NCBI GenBank assembly: GCA_040954595.2
Contig: CM082579.2
Span: forward strand, 4,768,779 to 4,832,778
DNA from: Balanoglossus misakiensis
Lineage: Eukaryota > Animalia > Hemichordata
DNA: 64,000 nt
Direction of reading: 5' to 3'
In this document: in pieces, positions 37,469 to 49,566 of the stretch
Numbering within the stretch: the first letter of the stretch is position 1
Layout of the letters: every line of letters begins with the position of its first letter
Program-made: the position numbers and the translations under genes
The notes under the pieces: generated by a model
The model's database searches: none
Told to the model about the DNA's origin: nothing
The model's input: the letters and a program-made list of their open reading frames with translations, nothing else

Positions 37469-40400
37469 TACTCTCTCTGCAAACAGCGACATGTAGTAAA
37501 CCATGTGAGCACGGGACATGCACGGGGGCAAACCAGTGTACGTGTGATAAAGGCTATGCCGGTGTAACATGCAGTAAAGGTAAGTAAATCGAAAATGATG
37601 AATGCATCACGTGCGATGTACAAGTGGTGACATAGAAGTGAACGATGAATGGGCCTCGACACGAAGTTTGGGCGTTATTAACGCACTTTTAGTCACTTAG
37701 TGATTTTGTTCCCTGCATCTTGAACTGAAATTTCTCAGCGTTCTGTTTTTTAATGTAGCTGCCATAAGTGTAACGACCATCGTTATTGTCGACGAACGAA
37801 TTCTAGTCCGGACTTGAAGTCTTTTTCACAAAACCGATGCTGACTTTCCATTCCGCGTTGCAATATCGCAGATGCCTCCTAAATTTACCATAAATCAAAC
37901 TGAACTCGACATAGATGGCCGTGTGGTGGAGCTGAAAACAATAACGCCTGTAGTGTTGAAGAGTATAAACATTATGCTCTCCGGGTCTGAGTGCTTTCCT
38001 ATGCTTGTGTATCGATGACTGCGATTTGCCACAAAAGCCAGACCTGTCGTGACCCGTGGAAGCGTTTCATGGTGTATATACAAAGAACACGTATACGACA
38101 CGGTTAAAAGTGTTCGTTATACGTAACGGCTGTTGATGTTGTGTGAAGTAGAGAAATTCGCATTATTTCCATTTCTCTTAAATTCACCGTGACCATGACG
38201 TGTATACTTGCCTGGAAGCTCCCCTCCGATCTGTTAATTAGCAGTTGGATCCCGGCGTGCATTTTTTTCGCACAGAATTCCAAACTTGCTCAAGAATTTC
38301 ACAGTTGTCTACAGCGAACCAATTTCATTGTCATGGCACCCGGCGAGAGACATCCTTCAGCTATTTAACGGTTACGTTCCCGGGCGTGCGTTAATGGCTG
38401 GAGCCATGCAAGCAATTGACGCCTGCCCTACATACTTGCAGTGAACTTCTTAACTTTCTTGAGCTCTGGCATACTTCATTCTGAGGTGAATATATGTACG
38501 GCTTTGAGGCACATACCTCCAAGACTCTCCGCTGTTTCGGAATGTTGTCACTATGTTACATATTATATTTGTACCAGTTATGTATATGCAAAACCCATCC
38601 TTCTTCTCATAACTCTGTTCTGTCTTTTAGATTACAACGAGTGTGGCGATAACGTCTGTCAGCACCGATGTATGAACACGGAAGGCAGCTATCGTTGTTA
38701 CTGTCGACGCGGGTACACGTTACAGCCAGACGGCCATGCATGCCAATGTGAGTCATGGGACATATCAGCAGCAGACAGAATCAGATATGGGTTTGCTACA
38801 GTTTGATTAGTCTGCAAGTCATTCCTGTATCTCTCACTGCAACCGAACGAACACAAGTAGATTATGAGCTGTAGTTCGATCTCTAAAGAATTCGTTTGAC
38901 CACACTTAGTTGAACCGTGACGTCACATTGATCTTACCTCCAATTTACGTGTTGACGCCTTTTTAACGAAACTGTTACACGCCCACATGTAACTGTGACG
39001 GACACGCAATCCTAAATTTTAATCTAAAGTTGCTGCCACAAGAGACAAATTATTTACATTCCCCATCTCCAATATTTATGTAAGTCGCCATGTACTGTTT
39101 CTTGTGCAGACGATAACAGCTGCGAGGCTCGTCGCTGCCAGTATGGGTGCATACAAGAAAGCTGGAAATTGCGATGCAATTGTCCCGATGGACTGGAGTT
39201 ACACTCTAACGGGAGGACATGCGTGGGTGAGATGAATTTTGCTTGACACTTGCCTGGTTGAAGTTATGTAGTGACACTATCACTGTTCACTGTTGATATA
39301 CAAATGTATACTAGTTTATCATCGGCAAGAGACAGAACTTTGCAGTCATCATAGATGGCGCATTACACAGTAATGATTCCCCTCAAGACGATACCATTAA
39401 AGGAAGGGTAGAGTCCCCTGAAAATGTTGTCAAGTCTTTACCAACACGTACTGTACATTCTTGCGATTCAACTAGTCTCTTTCTTTGTTTATCGGTAAAA
39501 GGCATTTCGCCAACAAATATACCAAAAATTACAGCACAGTGATGACGTCGCAAGTGAAATCGTCAGAACGTCACGAAGTCGTTTGATTTGACATTGCGTT
39601 CTGTTCATTTTTCCTCCACCAGACATTGACGAATGCAGCGCACTTCGCAACCCGTGTCCCCGAAGACGGCGGTGTATGAATTCTTTCGGCAGTTTCATGT
39701 GTCTCTGTGATCACGGTTTCTCGTATCAGTACATCGACGGCAGGCTCAGATGCAGAGGTCAGTTCCGACGATGAGTTAATATTTCTAATCTCCGATAACA
39801 CGCTATCTTGGACCAGGAGTGCATGTAGGAGGCTAAATTGAACATGACTAAAGTTGATATTGGTTTTTATCTCTGTCTTCACAAATCAGACGTGGACGAA
39901 TGTCAGGACGGGACGAATGATTGCCACGCGAGCGCCACCTGCTACAACACCATGGGTTCCTTCTCCTGTTTCTGTAACGGCGAGTTCTTCGGCGACGGCA
40001 AAACTTGCTACTCCCTCGGTAAGTTGTCTGGTGTTGTCAGTTCCATGGTCCATTGGCTGCTGCGATCACCACAGACACCTACAATCGAACACGCAGCTTG
40101 ACATTGAGCGAGGCTACATCATACCTCCTCATCGGTTTAAAGGGGAACTTGTACCCAAAATATATAACGTGAAAATCAGGGTCTTGGTCTGACTGATAAC
40201 CATCGCCTCTTTTCTTCTCTCGCCCTCCAGATCCGCGACGTTGTGAGGACAAACCCTGTTCACCGCTCACAACCTGCCGAGATGTCAGAGGCAATGAGGT
40301 GGAGAACGCTGCCGATGGTGGTTCTGTGAAACTTTTCCAGTGCGGGCCTTGTCCGGCTGGCTACTCAGGAGATGGCGAAACGTGTGACAGTAAGAATACC

Positions 40401-42846
40401 ATAACCCTTGTCAATGGGTGTTTTTTTTTCTCTCTACATACATTTATGCATACATGGTGCTTCCCTGTTTCAAATTCTCTCTATATTTGTTTTAATAACT
40501 ACCACTACCAAGTATTTATCCACGTGTATTTTCCCCGTTAAAACAGAAGCGACAGAAGATGTCGTGGTTGTGGTTGTTGACAAGTCACAGCCAGATGTCC
40601 CCGTAGAGGGCGCCAACATTCAAGTCTATAACCTGGCCGACGTGTTCTCGGTGGGCATCACCTCCCCCGACGGCTTCGCAACGGTGTCGATCCCAGCTGG
40701 CACCATGGTCATCGTGAGTGCCAGCAAACCTGGCTACATGGACACAACCATGACATACCAAGTTGTCGTCGGTCATAGTAAGTTCAGTTGCTTTTAATTA
40801 GACGGACCATGGTGAAAATCCTTTCGATATTTGAAACGTCTTAGTACTCCCAACTCGCCGACTTCATCCATGATCTCGTACTCTAGATCCAGGGGAAGGT
40901 ACAGACGCTGTCTTTCGAGCGTCATTGCTCGGAATTGCATAGGATGCGTCACATCTATTGCGGTATACGTACTCATTTGCTGTTTGTATAAATTTAACTT
41001 CTAGAAAACGTAATTACCCTCTACATGGAATTTCCAAGCCGACTCGGCCTGCAGACAGAATTCATTTATGACAACAGAGTTTCACGCGCTCTGGAATTCA
41101 CGGTCGACGACCAGATTTACGAATTCATACTCCCAGAAGGTAAGTCCTGACCATGAGTATCTTCACTTTAAAAGATTTGGTGATGCTACATATTTTGTAA
41201 TCCGCCAACTTCATGATAATGCCCTATCACGTTCACATCTAACCAGTATAGCTTCGTGCTTACAGGCAGTTTGAATGTCGGCCAAGGACAGCCCGTCAAG
41301 GCGTCCTTCGTCACAGCGAATTTGCAGAATAACGAGATGGACGGAGCTCCCGAACTGGTGGCGCTGGCGCGGGAATCCAGCAACGATGCCTTTATTCGAG
41401 GTTGGTTGACGCTTCGATCAGAATACATAGGTAGCTTCAGCGCAGTGCTTCGTGGTTGAAACACAAGCTTCAAATATGATTTGCGGAATTGGTTAACAAA
41501 CTTTTTATTTGCAGTCTCGTAAGATGCATGTCACGTGATGATGTTTCATTTTGGCTTTCTCCAGGACTGCAAAATTTCAATTTGGAAGCCTATGCGTTAT
41601 TTGCCCTGCGACTGGAAAACGTGTTAACGCGAGACGAGATTTCGCTGCTGCTTCCGATGACAGTGAGGGTCCCACTGAGTAAATCGGATTCGTTGGACGG
41701 CGAGACTTCAGTGCCCGCGTGGTTCTACAACAGAGACGAGGGTGAGTGTGAGACTTTCAAGTCCGGACTAGAATTCATTTGTCAACAATAACAATGGTCG
41801 TTACACACATGCAGGCTATGCTGAAAATACTGGAAATAAAGCCAAAAGTTACAGTTAATGTCCCTTTAATTCAGGCGTATACATCCAAGATGGCGAGGGT
41901 CGACTAACCTCCCAAGATGATGGCAATGGTGGCAAAACATGGTCCTACTCTACTCGGCGTTCGTCGTGGTTAGCCGCAGCCAAACCCTGGTCCCAGACAC
42001 ACTGCGTGGAAGTTAAAGTTTGTCGTGACGAAGACTGCCAACGAGTCGAGCCAAATGCTGCTGTCTGGTGAGAACACTTACTACATGTACATGTACGATC
42101 TTGATATGTAAACACGTTCAGTCTCTGATTTCGTGAACGATTTACAGTAGGCCTGTAAATGCTTCTTGGTCTCTGTTATACTTTTAACAATCAATTCATA
42201 GATCTTTTTGGCTTCGGAATGTCTCCTTTTTCAACAGGCTCAACGGCCTCGACTTTCACTATTCCACATTCCGTCGAACCAACGCTGAGGGCAGTGCCTG
42301 TTTCCACTTCAAACAAAACGGGCGCGTGAGGGTGCACTCTTGCTTCGGCGGCGACCAAATCACCGTCACCGGAACAGGAAACCCGTCTGCTTGTGACGCC
42401 GGAAGCCAGTGGCAGAACACGGTGGTCGGTGGAGGTGCTGCTTGCCAAGAGGTGACGATTCTCTACCAAGGTAAATAAACGAATGCAGGTTACAGTGTCC
42501 AAACGTTCCACTCAATCGAACGAACAAGTACACAGTACATGTGTATAGCAAACATATTAGTAAACCACGAGCTCAGGAATTGATGACAAATCTTTAATGT
42601 GTCATTGCAGAATCCGAGGTTGTGAATTGTGGTGAGCCAGGAATACCAGACGAGGGGGTCAAACTGGGCAACGTGTACTCCTTTGGCGCCAATGTAACCT
42701 TCACGTGCAAAACTGGCTACGAGATTCTCGGGAACTCCCAGCGCATATGCCACTCGTGCGGCCAATGGAGCGGCAGTCAACCCGTGTGCTATCCAAGTGA
42801 CTCTGACAAAGGCAGTGGAGATGGCCTTTCACTTAACTTTTTCTGA
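31066..42846 (+). CDS. Secreted nephronectin/EGFL6-like EGF-repeat protein with carboxypeptidase-regulatory/FAM171/CILP-like region and C-terminal Sushi (CCP) domain
   Basis: Exons (approximate) are 31066-31136 (signal peptide), 31345-31457 ([17 protein letters not shown], cf. NPNT GLCRYGGRIDCCWGWAR), 37487-37579, 38631-38747, 39110-39226, 39890-40018 and 40231-40389 (EGF/cbEGF). Then 40547-40777, 41005-41139, 41266-41401, 41565-41741, 41875-42067, 42238-42471 and 42611-42846 (Sushi [10 protein letters not shown]...[30 protein letters not shown]). Splice phases are compatible throughout. Confidence 0.85.
37411..37464. repeat. (CT)n microsatellite forming the polypyrimidine tract of an EGF exon
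   Basis: About 27 CT units ending ~20 nt before the AG acceptor at 37485-37486. Confidence 0.9.
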
Positions 42847-43470
42847 TATTCACACGGCCAAAACCTGTCTTTTAGGTGGTCGAGAAAACAATACTTCCCA
42901 AACGCAGGTGTTTTTATTAGCTAGCAAAAAGGAACTTTTAAAACTGCAGTTACACACACACAAAGATAGCACTGTTTGCGGTCAGAGGTTGAGTATATGT
43001 TGTTTTTCTTAATGTAAGTTTGTCTTTATTTAAGGTTAAATTAATGTAGTCGTATTGTAGCTGCACTACGAAGTGATAAAGTATATATTTTTTCCGTGGT
43101 CAAAGGCATACCCATAGTTTTACTCCATCAATCTGAAATATTATATAATACGCTGAAATTAATAAATGTCAAGAAGTTCACATATCGGTAAACTATGTTC
43201 TCTCAACCTTGCCATCACGATAGTCTTACTTTTACTCTTTATAAGTTTAATAAAAGTTTAATAAAAGTTTTTCTTGTACTGAGGCAGTTGTAGAGATTTC
43301 ATTTTTGCCTCTGCCATCGCTGTTACTATAGCGTCACAGCTTGTACAGAGTACCATGCTTACTGAAATGGATGATGAGCACACTCAGAAATGTGATTTTA
43401 AGGAACAGCTTGTGGTAACATCCCAAATAAAAACTTTCTATTTTATTACCATCAGATATATTAAATTGTA

Positions 43471-44622
43471 TTACGTTTCAATTAAATCTGCTTCCCCATA
43501 GTAAATAAATCGACACATTTCTCCGAACGGCGTGTCTAGCGTTTTTATATCCCGTGCATTGAAATGAATCACTTTTCTCTCGTTCTCCGGCAAACCGAAG
43601 AACCACCGTACGAAGGTGTGAACGGCGAAGAAGTCGCCGCCGGTCCAGTTGAAGTTGCCGGAAAATATTTCCGCGAAAGACCCGCCGACGGCGAGGTGTC
43701 TCTTGTCCACGTGCACCGTGTGGGGGCACTGCACGGCCAGAGTGTTGGGAAACTGGATGGAGTCACAGTTCCAGCAGAATCGGTTGTAGATGCGATAGCT
43801 GTCCAGAAAGAGCTTGATGAAAAGCGAACGCCTTTTGGCCAGAATTATGCCGTTGTTGAGCCTGGTTGAACTCTCCCGGCCTATGACGCAGTCGTAGTGA
43901 CGCAACTCGTCCAAGGGGCGGACGACTATGACGTCATTGTCCATGTACACGCCTCCGTGTTGGAACAAGATTTCAAGTCTGCTGATGTCCGATCGATGAC
44001 GTATGTCGGCCTTCTTCAGCGATCGATTGTACACTGTCATGGGCATTTCCCTGCGCACAACTTCTAAGATGGGAATGCTGCTTTTTGCTTCTTTCCAGTA
44101 CTTCCCAGTCGGTTCAGAATCCGTGTGGAACAGGATTCGCTCAGCTTTCATGATTCTGTGGGCACTCAAAAGGCTGATCAGGTGATCGAAACGAAAGTGT
44201 GCGCTTCCAAACCAAACGTAGTGGGCGATGTTGGGTACGACGGGGGCTGGGTGGCGCTCTGCGGTCTTTCGCTCCACCCCCGCCGCCGGGTGCTTGCTTT
44301 TGCCGCTCGAGTTGCAGAGAGTGTAGCCATGGTCGCCCCAGTCCAGTAGCGTCTGTCTACCGCTGTAGATGTGGTTCTTCAGGACGCGCAGACAGTCCAA
44401 GGTTATATCACAGGAATCATTCCACAACTGCAGTTGCAGCTGTCGAGAATCGCCGCTGTAGAGGTCGAGGTGGCCGAAGTCCACCCGATTTAAACGATCG
44501 GCAACACTCGTAAACCTGTGTTCCAAAATTCGGTTGCTTAGCGTCGAAAAATACACAATTTCTGCTAGTGTGAAAATAACAAGTAACGAAGTGACGATGC
44601 TACAACAGCGAGCCATACCCAT
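43471..44622 (-). CDS. Glycosyltransferase family 32 (alpha-1,4-GlcNAc/Gal transferase-like, DXD), type II membrane protein, single coding exon
   Basis: 383-aa ORF with N-terminal TM, VPNIAHYVWFG, HRSDISRLEIL..HGGVYMDND (DXD), LNNGIILAK and C-terminal FGEMCRFIYYG. Confidence 0.9.
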   Translation of the reverse strand: MGMARCCSIVTSLLVIFTLAEIVYFSTLSNRILEHRFTSVADRLNRVDFGHLDLYSGDSRQLQLQLWNDSCDITLDCLRVLKNHIYSGRQTLLDWGDHGYTLCNSSGKSKHPAAGVERKTAERHPAPVVPNIAHYVWFGSAHFRFDHLISLLSAHRIMKAERILFHTDSEPTGKYWKEAKSSIPILEVVRREMPMTVYNRSLKKADIRHRSDISRLEILFQHGGVYMDNDVIVVRPLDELRHYDCVIGRESSTRLNNGIILAKRRSLFIKLFLDSYRIYNRFCWNCDSIQFPNTLAVQCPHTVHVDKRHLAVGGSFAEIFSGNFNWTGGDFFAVHTFVRWFFGLPENERKVIHFNARDIKTLDTPFGEMCRFIYYGEADLIET

Positions 44623-46199
44623 GAAGGTCTAATGTGACTGATAGTGGTGCGCGATTGGGGCCAACGTTTCCTTGTCGTTAAGATATTACAGAAACATTTC
44701 ATTTATATCTGTTTTAAACGGTTGTGCCACAGATGAATAAGCACATTTATCCGTAACTGTTATGGACTCATGAAAGTCGTGCTTTTACAACATCATTTGG
44801 AAAACATAATCACAAAACATAAACTCGTGTACAAAGGTTGGAGTGGCACTGATGTCGAACAATTAAAACATTTATGGCCAGCAGTCTGTGGATATGACAC
44901 GAATCCTGGAGAATTGAAAGAGTGACGTCGCCGCTATTATTAAATTCAGTGTATGAAACGCAGAAAAATCACTAAAAAGATGATTCAGTGATTGATACAC
45001 GTGTCGGCTTATAACAACAAACGTCCCACATGCTTTCGAGAAATACGTGCCGTTTGGAGGGATTTGCTACATCGTTCTACAGTGCACATTATTCGATATT
45101 ATTTTACAGGATAGGTTGCTTTGGTCTGTATAAAACAATTTGTATTTGACAAACATACACAATCCGACATTTCATCAACTTTGTGCAACATCACTTTTGA
45201 TACAGGCCAATTGACTTGAGACGCGTCAGAGCAATCGTTTTCAAAAAAGCTTCAAACAATAATACAATCTCGTTGCTGATTGGTTCGAGTCACCTGGACT
45301 TCTTGGACATGGTAATAACCGTCTACCATCCGGGCATTTTCGTAAAAGATTGTCACGCTGCTCAGTGAACGTTCACGTAGGCTTCATTTTGACGCGGAGC
45401 GCAGAAAACTCAACGACAGAGTTTCTGCGCTGTTTATTTTGCTGTAAAGGCCACGGTAAGTAAAGTAACAGACTAGACACAAATACTCAGTTATTGGCCA
45501 GACATATAGGTTATATTTTGGCGAGTTCTGGACAACTGAGTCCAACGTCCGACGAGCACTGAACAAGAACACACGTCGCAGTCAAACAGCTCGAGTCAGT
45601 GTTTCTCTGCGTTTGAATTTACAAATTCCTTTCTTTCGCGTTACCCAACCCGAGATGCACGGTTTATTAGTCTAGTCCGTGTTGTAGCTCTTTGTCGGTG
45701 GGCGGCCGGTTGTACGCCCAAAACACTATACAGTTTCTCTGGAAGATGAAGTTTCGGTCAATTGGTAGCGGGTTCGCTTGTTGTCAGCGTGTTTTCGAGT
45801 GTGAGAGTATGCAAATTTCGTATTCAGCCCACAATTGTAAAATAAAAAGTGTTAATTAACCAAGTTGCCAAAGTGAGAGTGAAATTCGAGGCAACTATGC
45901 AGATTTTATGGTGTACCATCTGTGAATGAACAACAGTTGGTGTGCGGTGATCACGGCAGACGTTTTGTTTCATGTTCTTGGGATAGACGTTCACTTCAAC
46001 GTTCTTCTACTTATTTTTCAGATGCGTTGACCAGATGAACCGATAATATCCAGAAATCAAGCTGAGGCCGCCATGCAGCTGTAACTGGGAGAGGATAGTG
46101 CTTGTGTGTTCCATGGCTGATTGGAGACCAACAGATTCTATGATGTTACAAGCCAGATGCAACAAGTAAGCGGCATTTATACATGTATATTATAGTAAG

Positions 46200-46820
46200 T
46201 GATATAGACATAAATAAAATCCCCGGGGCGGGTGGGTCCCATCCCTTAGATCGTCGGTTTAATATAATTAATACAAGTTTTTTTTAGATGTGTAATCTTT
46301 CGTCATTTTTCAATAAAAAATAATAAAAACATACACGTTGTACTGATAAAACTGCGAGTGGTTTATTTCCGTACCGATCATCTTCGCGCGTGCGTACATA
46401 GTTAATACAAGTTTTTTGGGATTTGTAATCTTTCGTCATTTTTGAATAAAAAATATTAAAAACATAAACAATGTACTGACAAAACTGGGAGTGGTTTATT
46501 TGTACCGGTCATCTTCACACGTACGTACATCTCTTGGTCCGTTTTTGAGATTTGTAATCTTTTCTTTTTCCCTCACTACAATAAAAGTGTTTGTGTATGT
46601 CTCTGTTAGCCCGAGTCTGTTATTATAGTAAAGCCCGAGTCTGTTATTATAGTAAAATAAATTGTTTACGTATGCTTTCCAGAAGTTTTTTTTGAGATTT
46701 GTAATTTTTTTTAATTACTCCAATGTCATTTTATTAAAATTTTCCTCTAGGTTTTTGTGATTGTACGTTTTGTATTTTTTATAACTTACGATTAGCCCCA
46801 ATGTACAGTGGGTCTAATAA
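46200..46820. mobile_element. Degenerate non-autonomous element (possibly Helentron/HINE-like) with internal tandem repeats and terminal palindrome
   Basis: Two ~130-bp diverged direct copies (~46268-46399 and ~46402-46530) plus partial copies, a 25-bp tandem duplication (AGCCCGAGTCTGTTATTATAGTAA, ~46608-46656), and a near-perfect palindrome ATTAGCCCCAATGTACAGTGGGTCTAAT at 46791-46818. Confidence 0.4.
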
Positions 46821-47203
46821 TATATCATTTACAATGTCAAGAGATAACAAAACTTTTTTTGCCAGAATAACAACACATTGTTTATTTATCTCGATTTCAC
46901 CTTTTGATTGTAATTCAATTTTAAAGTTGTGAATTATCTATTTCCCATTGTCTGTGATAATTAACCATTCATGAAGAGTGAACCCCTGTGTTTGGACACT
47001 TGTTGGACATCAGTTCACTTCGCGCATGGATTGTCATTTTGCATCCTTCACATTTTTGTCAGTCAGAATATTACTGTCTTTCAAAATTTGTTTGACCAAA
47101 TTAAATTCGATGTACAATTTATTGCATAAGTCCACAGAACGTCCTGTATATCTTTTGTTTGTGGTCTTCAAACTTTAATTCTGTGTTTATTTGAATTCTT
47201 GTA

Positions 47204-47905
47204 TTTTCAATAAAACTAGAATAATACGAAAGATTTAACTCGTCTCTGTATCATTTTATTCAACCAATACTAAGATTGTCATTGAAGCATGGTCAAAAGT
47301 CGGCCCTTGATTTGAAAAACAAAATCTCTCCTCACTGACACTAAAAACGTATCCTGTCAATTATAATTGATTCTGACTGCTGCCTTACCCAGCTCAGCGA
47401 ACCGATTTTGTACCAACTTCTACAGTATGTAACAATACGGGTGCTATATGAACATAACATTTCAGTGTTTTGAAACCAGCATCATTTTGTTATGGCACAA
47501 ACAAGTTTACCGACTTTGAATACTTCGAAAAGTGCTCGTTATTGTGAGTGTGTGTCTGTGTGTGTCTGTGTGTAAGTTGTATATTCCAGCCATGCAACTG
47601 TGACTACATGAGGTAAGCGCTTGTATGTTTCATGGCCGAGTGAAGACCGGTGGATACTATGTGGATTTCAAGCAGTATTTAACAAGTAAGTGACACTCTC
47701 CATTGGGAATGGGGTTTTTCCCTTTATCCAAGTCCACAGAATGTAATCTATATCCTCTGTATTAAAACTGGAAATTTGTGTTAATTTGAAAACCGTTTTT
47801 CAATAAAAATGGAATAAAACTAAAGTCGTAACTCGTGTCCGTATCGCTTTATTCAACCAATGCTAAGAAACTTGGTCAAAAGTCAGTCCTTGATTTGAAA
47901 ACAAT
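47204..47905. repeat. Pair of diverged ~115-bp direct repeats
   Basis: TTTTCAATAAAA...TAACTCGT...TTTATTCAACCAAT.CTAAGA...TGGTCAAAAGTC...CCTTGATTTGAAAA at ~47204-47322 and ~47797-47905. Confidence 0.7.
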
Positions 47906-48408
47906 CAGTTGTCTCAGTGACCCTTAAAAATTTATCATTTGCGATTTGATTGATACTTATAAAATACTCTAATCGCCAATCAAAATGCGCCCCCAGCGGC
48001 GAGGATGCGAACACATCCTCACAAGAGATGCAGAATTTGGACCACAGGTTGGAACAAAGTGTTGGTTTCTGTGGGGTCTGCGGAAGTTTTGCCTTTGTCG
48101 GCAGTAAGCCTTCAGGTATGTCCTTGAAAAGGTGAACAAACTCGGCGGGTGTGTATTCTCATTTCAAGAACATAAAATGTTTTATATACTATGTTTGCTT
48201 GCATGCATGCTGTCGCTGATCGTGAAAAAATATTATGCTTGTCAAATTTTCATATGCGATAATCACCTTTTCAAACACATGTTACAGGACCACCCTGTGA
48301 AACGTACATTTTTGCTATCAGACCGTATCCGGCATCCAGCCCAAAGGGTAGGCGTCGACAGGCATTTCGAAGTATTGGATATTGTTTCTGTTGACTGTGT
48401 AGGCCGTC

Positions 48409-49566
48409 ATGGGTAGAACTCTCACAACGACGCAGTGTGTTGTGCTATTACTAGTGAGTGTATCTTTTATGACATTTGTTCAATTTTTTTATACGTCAAC
48501 GCGAGCCCGCACAGCACCAACGATAACTCAAACGGACCGTGTTTACAGACCAACTGACGTCAACAGTGTAAATCTATACGACGGCGACTCAGCGGCGATT
48601 CAACTTCGCCTGTGGAACGATTCGTGTGATATTTCATATAACTGTCTCCAAACTTTGAAACAATACATTTATGAGGGAAGGCAACATATGCTTCAGTTCA
48701 GCGAAGATGGATATGATGTCTGCAAGGATAATGTCACTGTCCGCGGAAAGGCGCCGATAAAACCTCTGACACCCAACCCTGCACCGGTTGTACCGAACAT
48801 CGCTCACTATGTATGGTTCGGAAGTCCGGAATTTCGGTTCGATCACCTGATCAGCCTGTTGAGTGCCCACAGAATCATGAAAGCTGAGCGAATCATGTTC
48901 CACACGGATTCTGAACCGACCGGGAGGTACTGGAAAGAAGCGAAAAGCAGCATCCCCATCTTGGAAGTTGTGCACAGGGAAATGCCCATGAGAGTCTTCA
49001 ATTATTCTCTGAAGAAGGCGGATATACGTCATCGATCGGATATCAGTCGATTGGAGATATTACTGGAATACGGAGGCGTGTACATGGACACTGACGTCAT
49101 CGTGGTCAAACCGCTGGATTCGCTGCGTTATTACGACTGTGTGTTTGGCTTGGAACAGTATACAAGACTCCACAATGGCATAATATTCGCCAAGAAACAG
49201 TCTCTCTTCATCAAACTGTATATTGACGCTTACCAAATCTACAACAGGTTCTGCTGGAACTGCGACTCCATTCAGTTTCCCTACACGTTGTCGGTACAGT
49301 GTCCTCACCTCGTTTACGTGGAGACGGAGCACCGTCTTGTGAAAATGTTGATAGAACAGAAGCTATACACGGATAAATATAAATTCTACTGGCCGTTAGA
49401 TAAATACTTGACTGTCCACACGTTCATACGGTGGTATCACGAATCGCCTGAGCACGGCGACACAAATGTGATTTTCGACGCCGAGAACATAAAACAGATG
49501 AACACGCCCTTTGCGGAGATGTGTCGATACATCTACTACGGCAGCAAAGATATCATCGACAGATGA
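48409..49566 (+). CDS. Glycosyltransferase family 32 (alpha-1,4-GlcNAc/Gal transferase-like, DXD), paralog of 43471-44622, single coding exon
   Basis: 385-aa ORF with N-terminal TM, VPNIAHYVWFG, HRSDISRLEILLEYGGVYMDTD, LHNGIIFAK and FAEMCRYIYYG. AATAAA follows the stop closely. Confidence 0.9.
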   Translation: MGRTLTTTQCVVLLLVSVSFMTFVQFFYTSTRARTAPTITQTDRVYRPTDVNSVNLYDGDSAAIQLRLWNDSCDISYNCLQTLKQYIYEGRQHMLQFSEDGYDVCKDNVTVRGKAPIKPLTPNPAPVVPNIAHYVWFGSPEFRFDHLISLLSAHRIMKAERIMFHTDSEPTGRYWKEAKSSIPILEVVHREMPMRVFNYSLKKADIRHRSDISRLEILLEYGGVYMDTDVIVVKPLDSLRYYDCVFGLEQYTRLHNGIIFAKKQSLFIKLYIDAYQIYNRFCWNCDSIQFPYTLSVQCPHLVYVETEHRLVKMLIEQKLYTDKYKFYWPLDKYLTVHTFIRWYHESPEHGDTNVIFDAENIKQMNTPFAEMCRYIYYGSKDIIDR

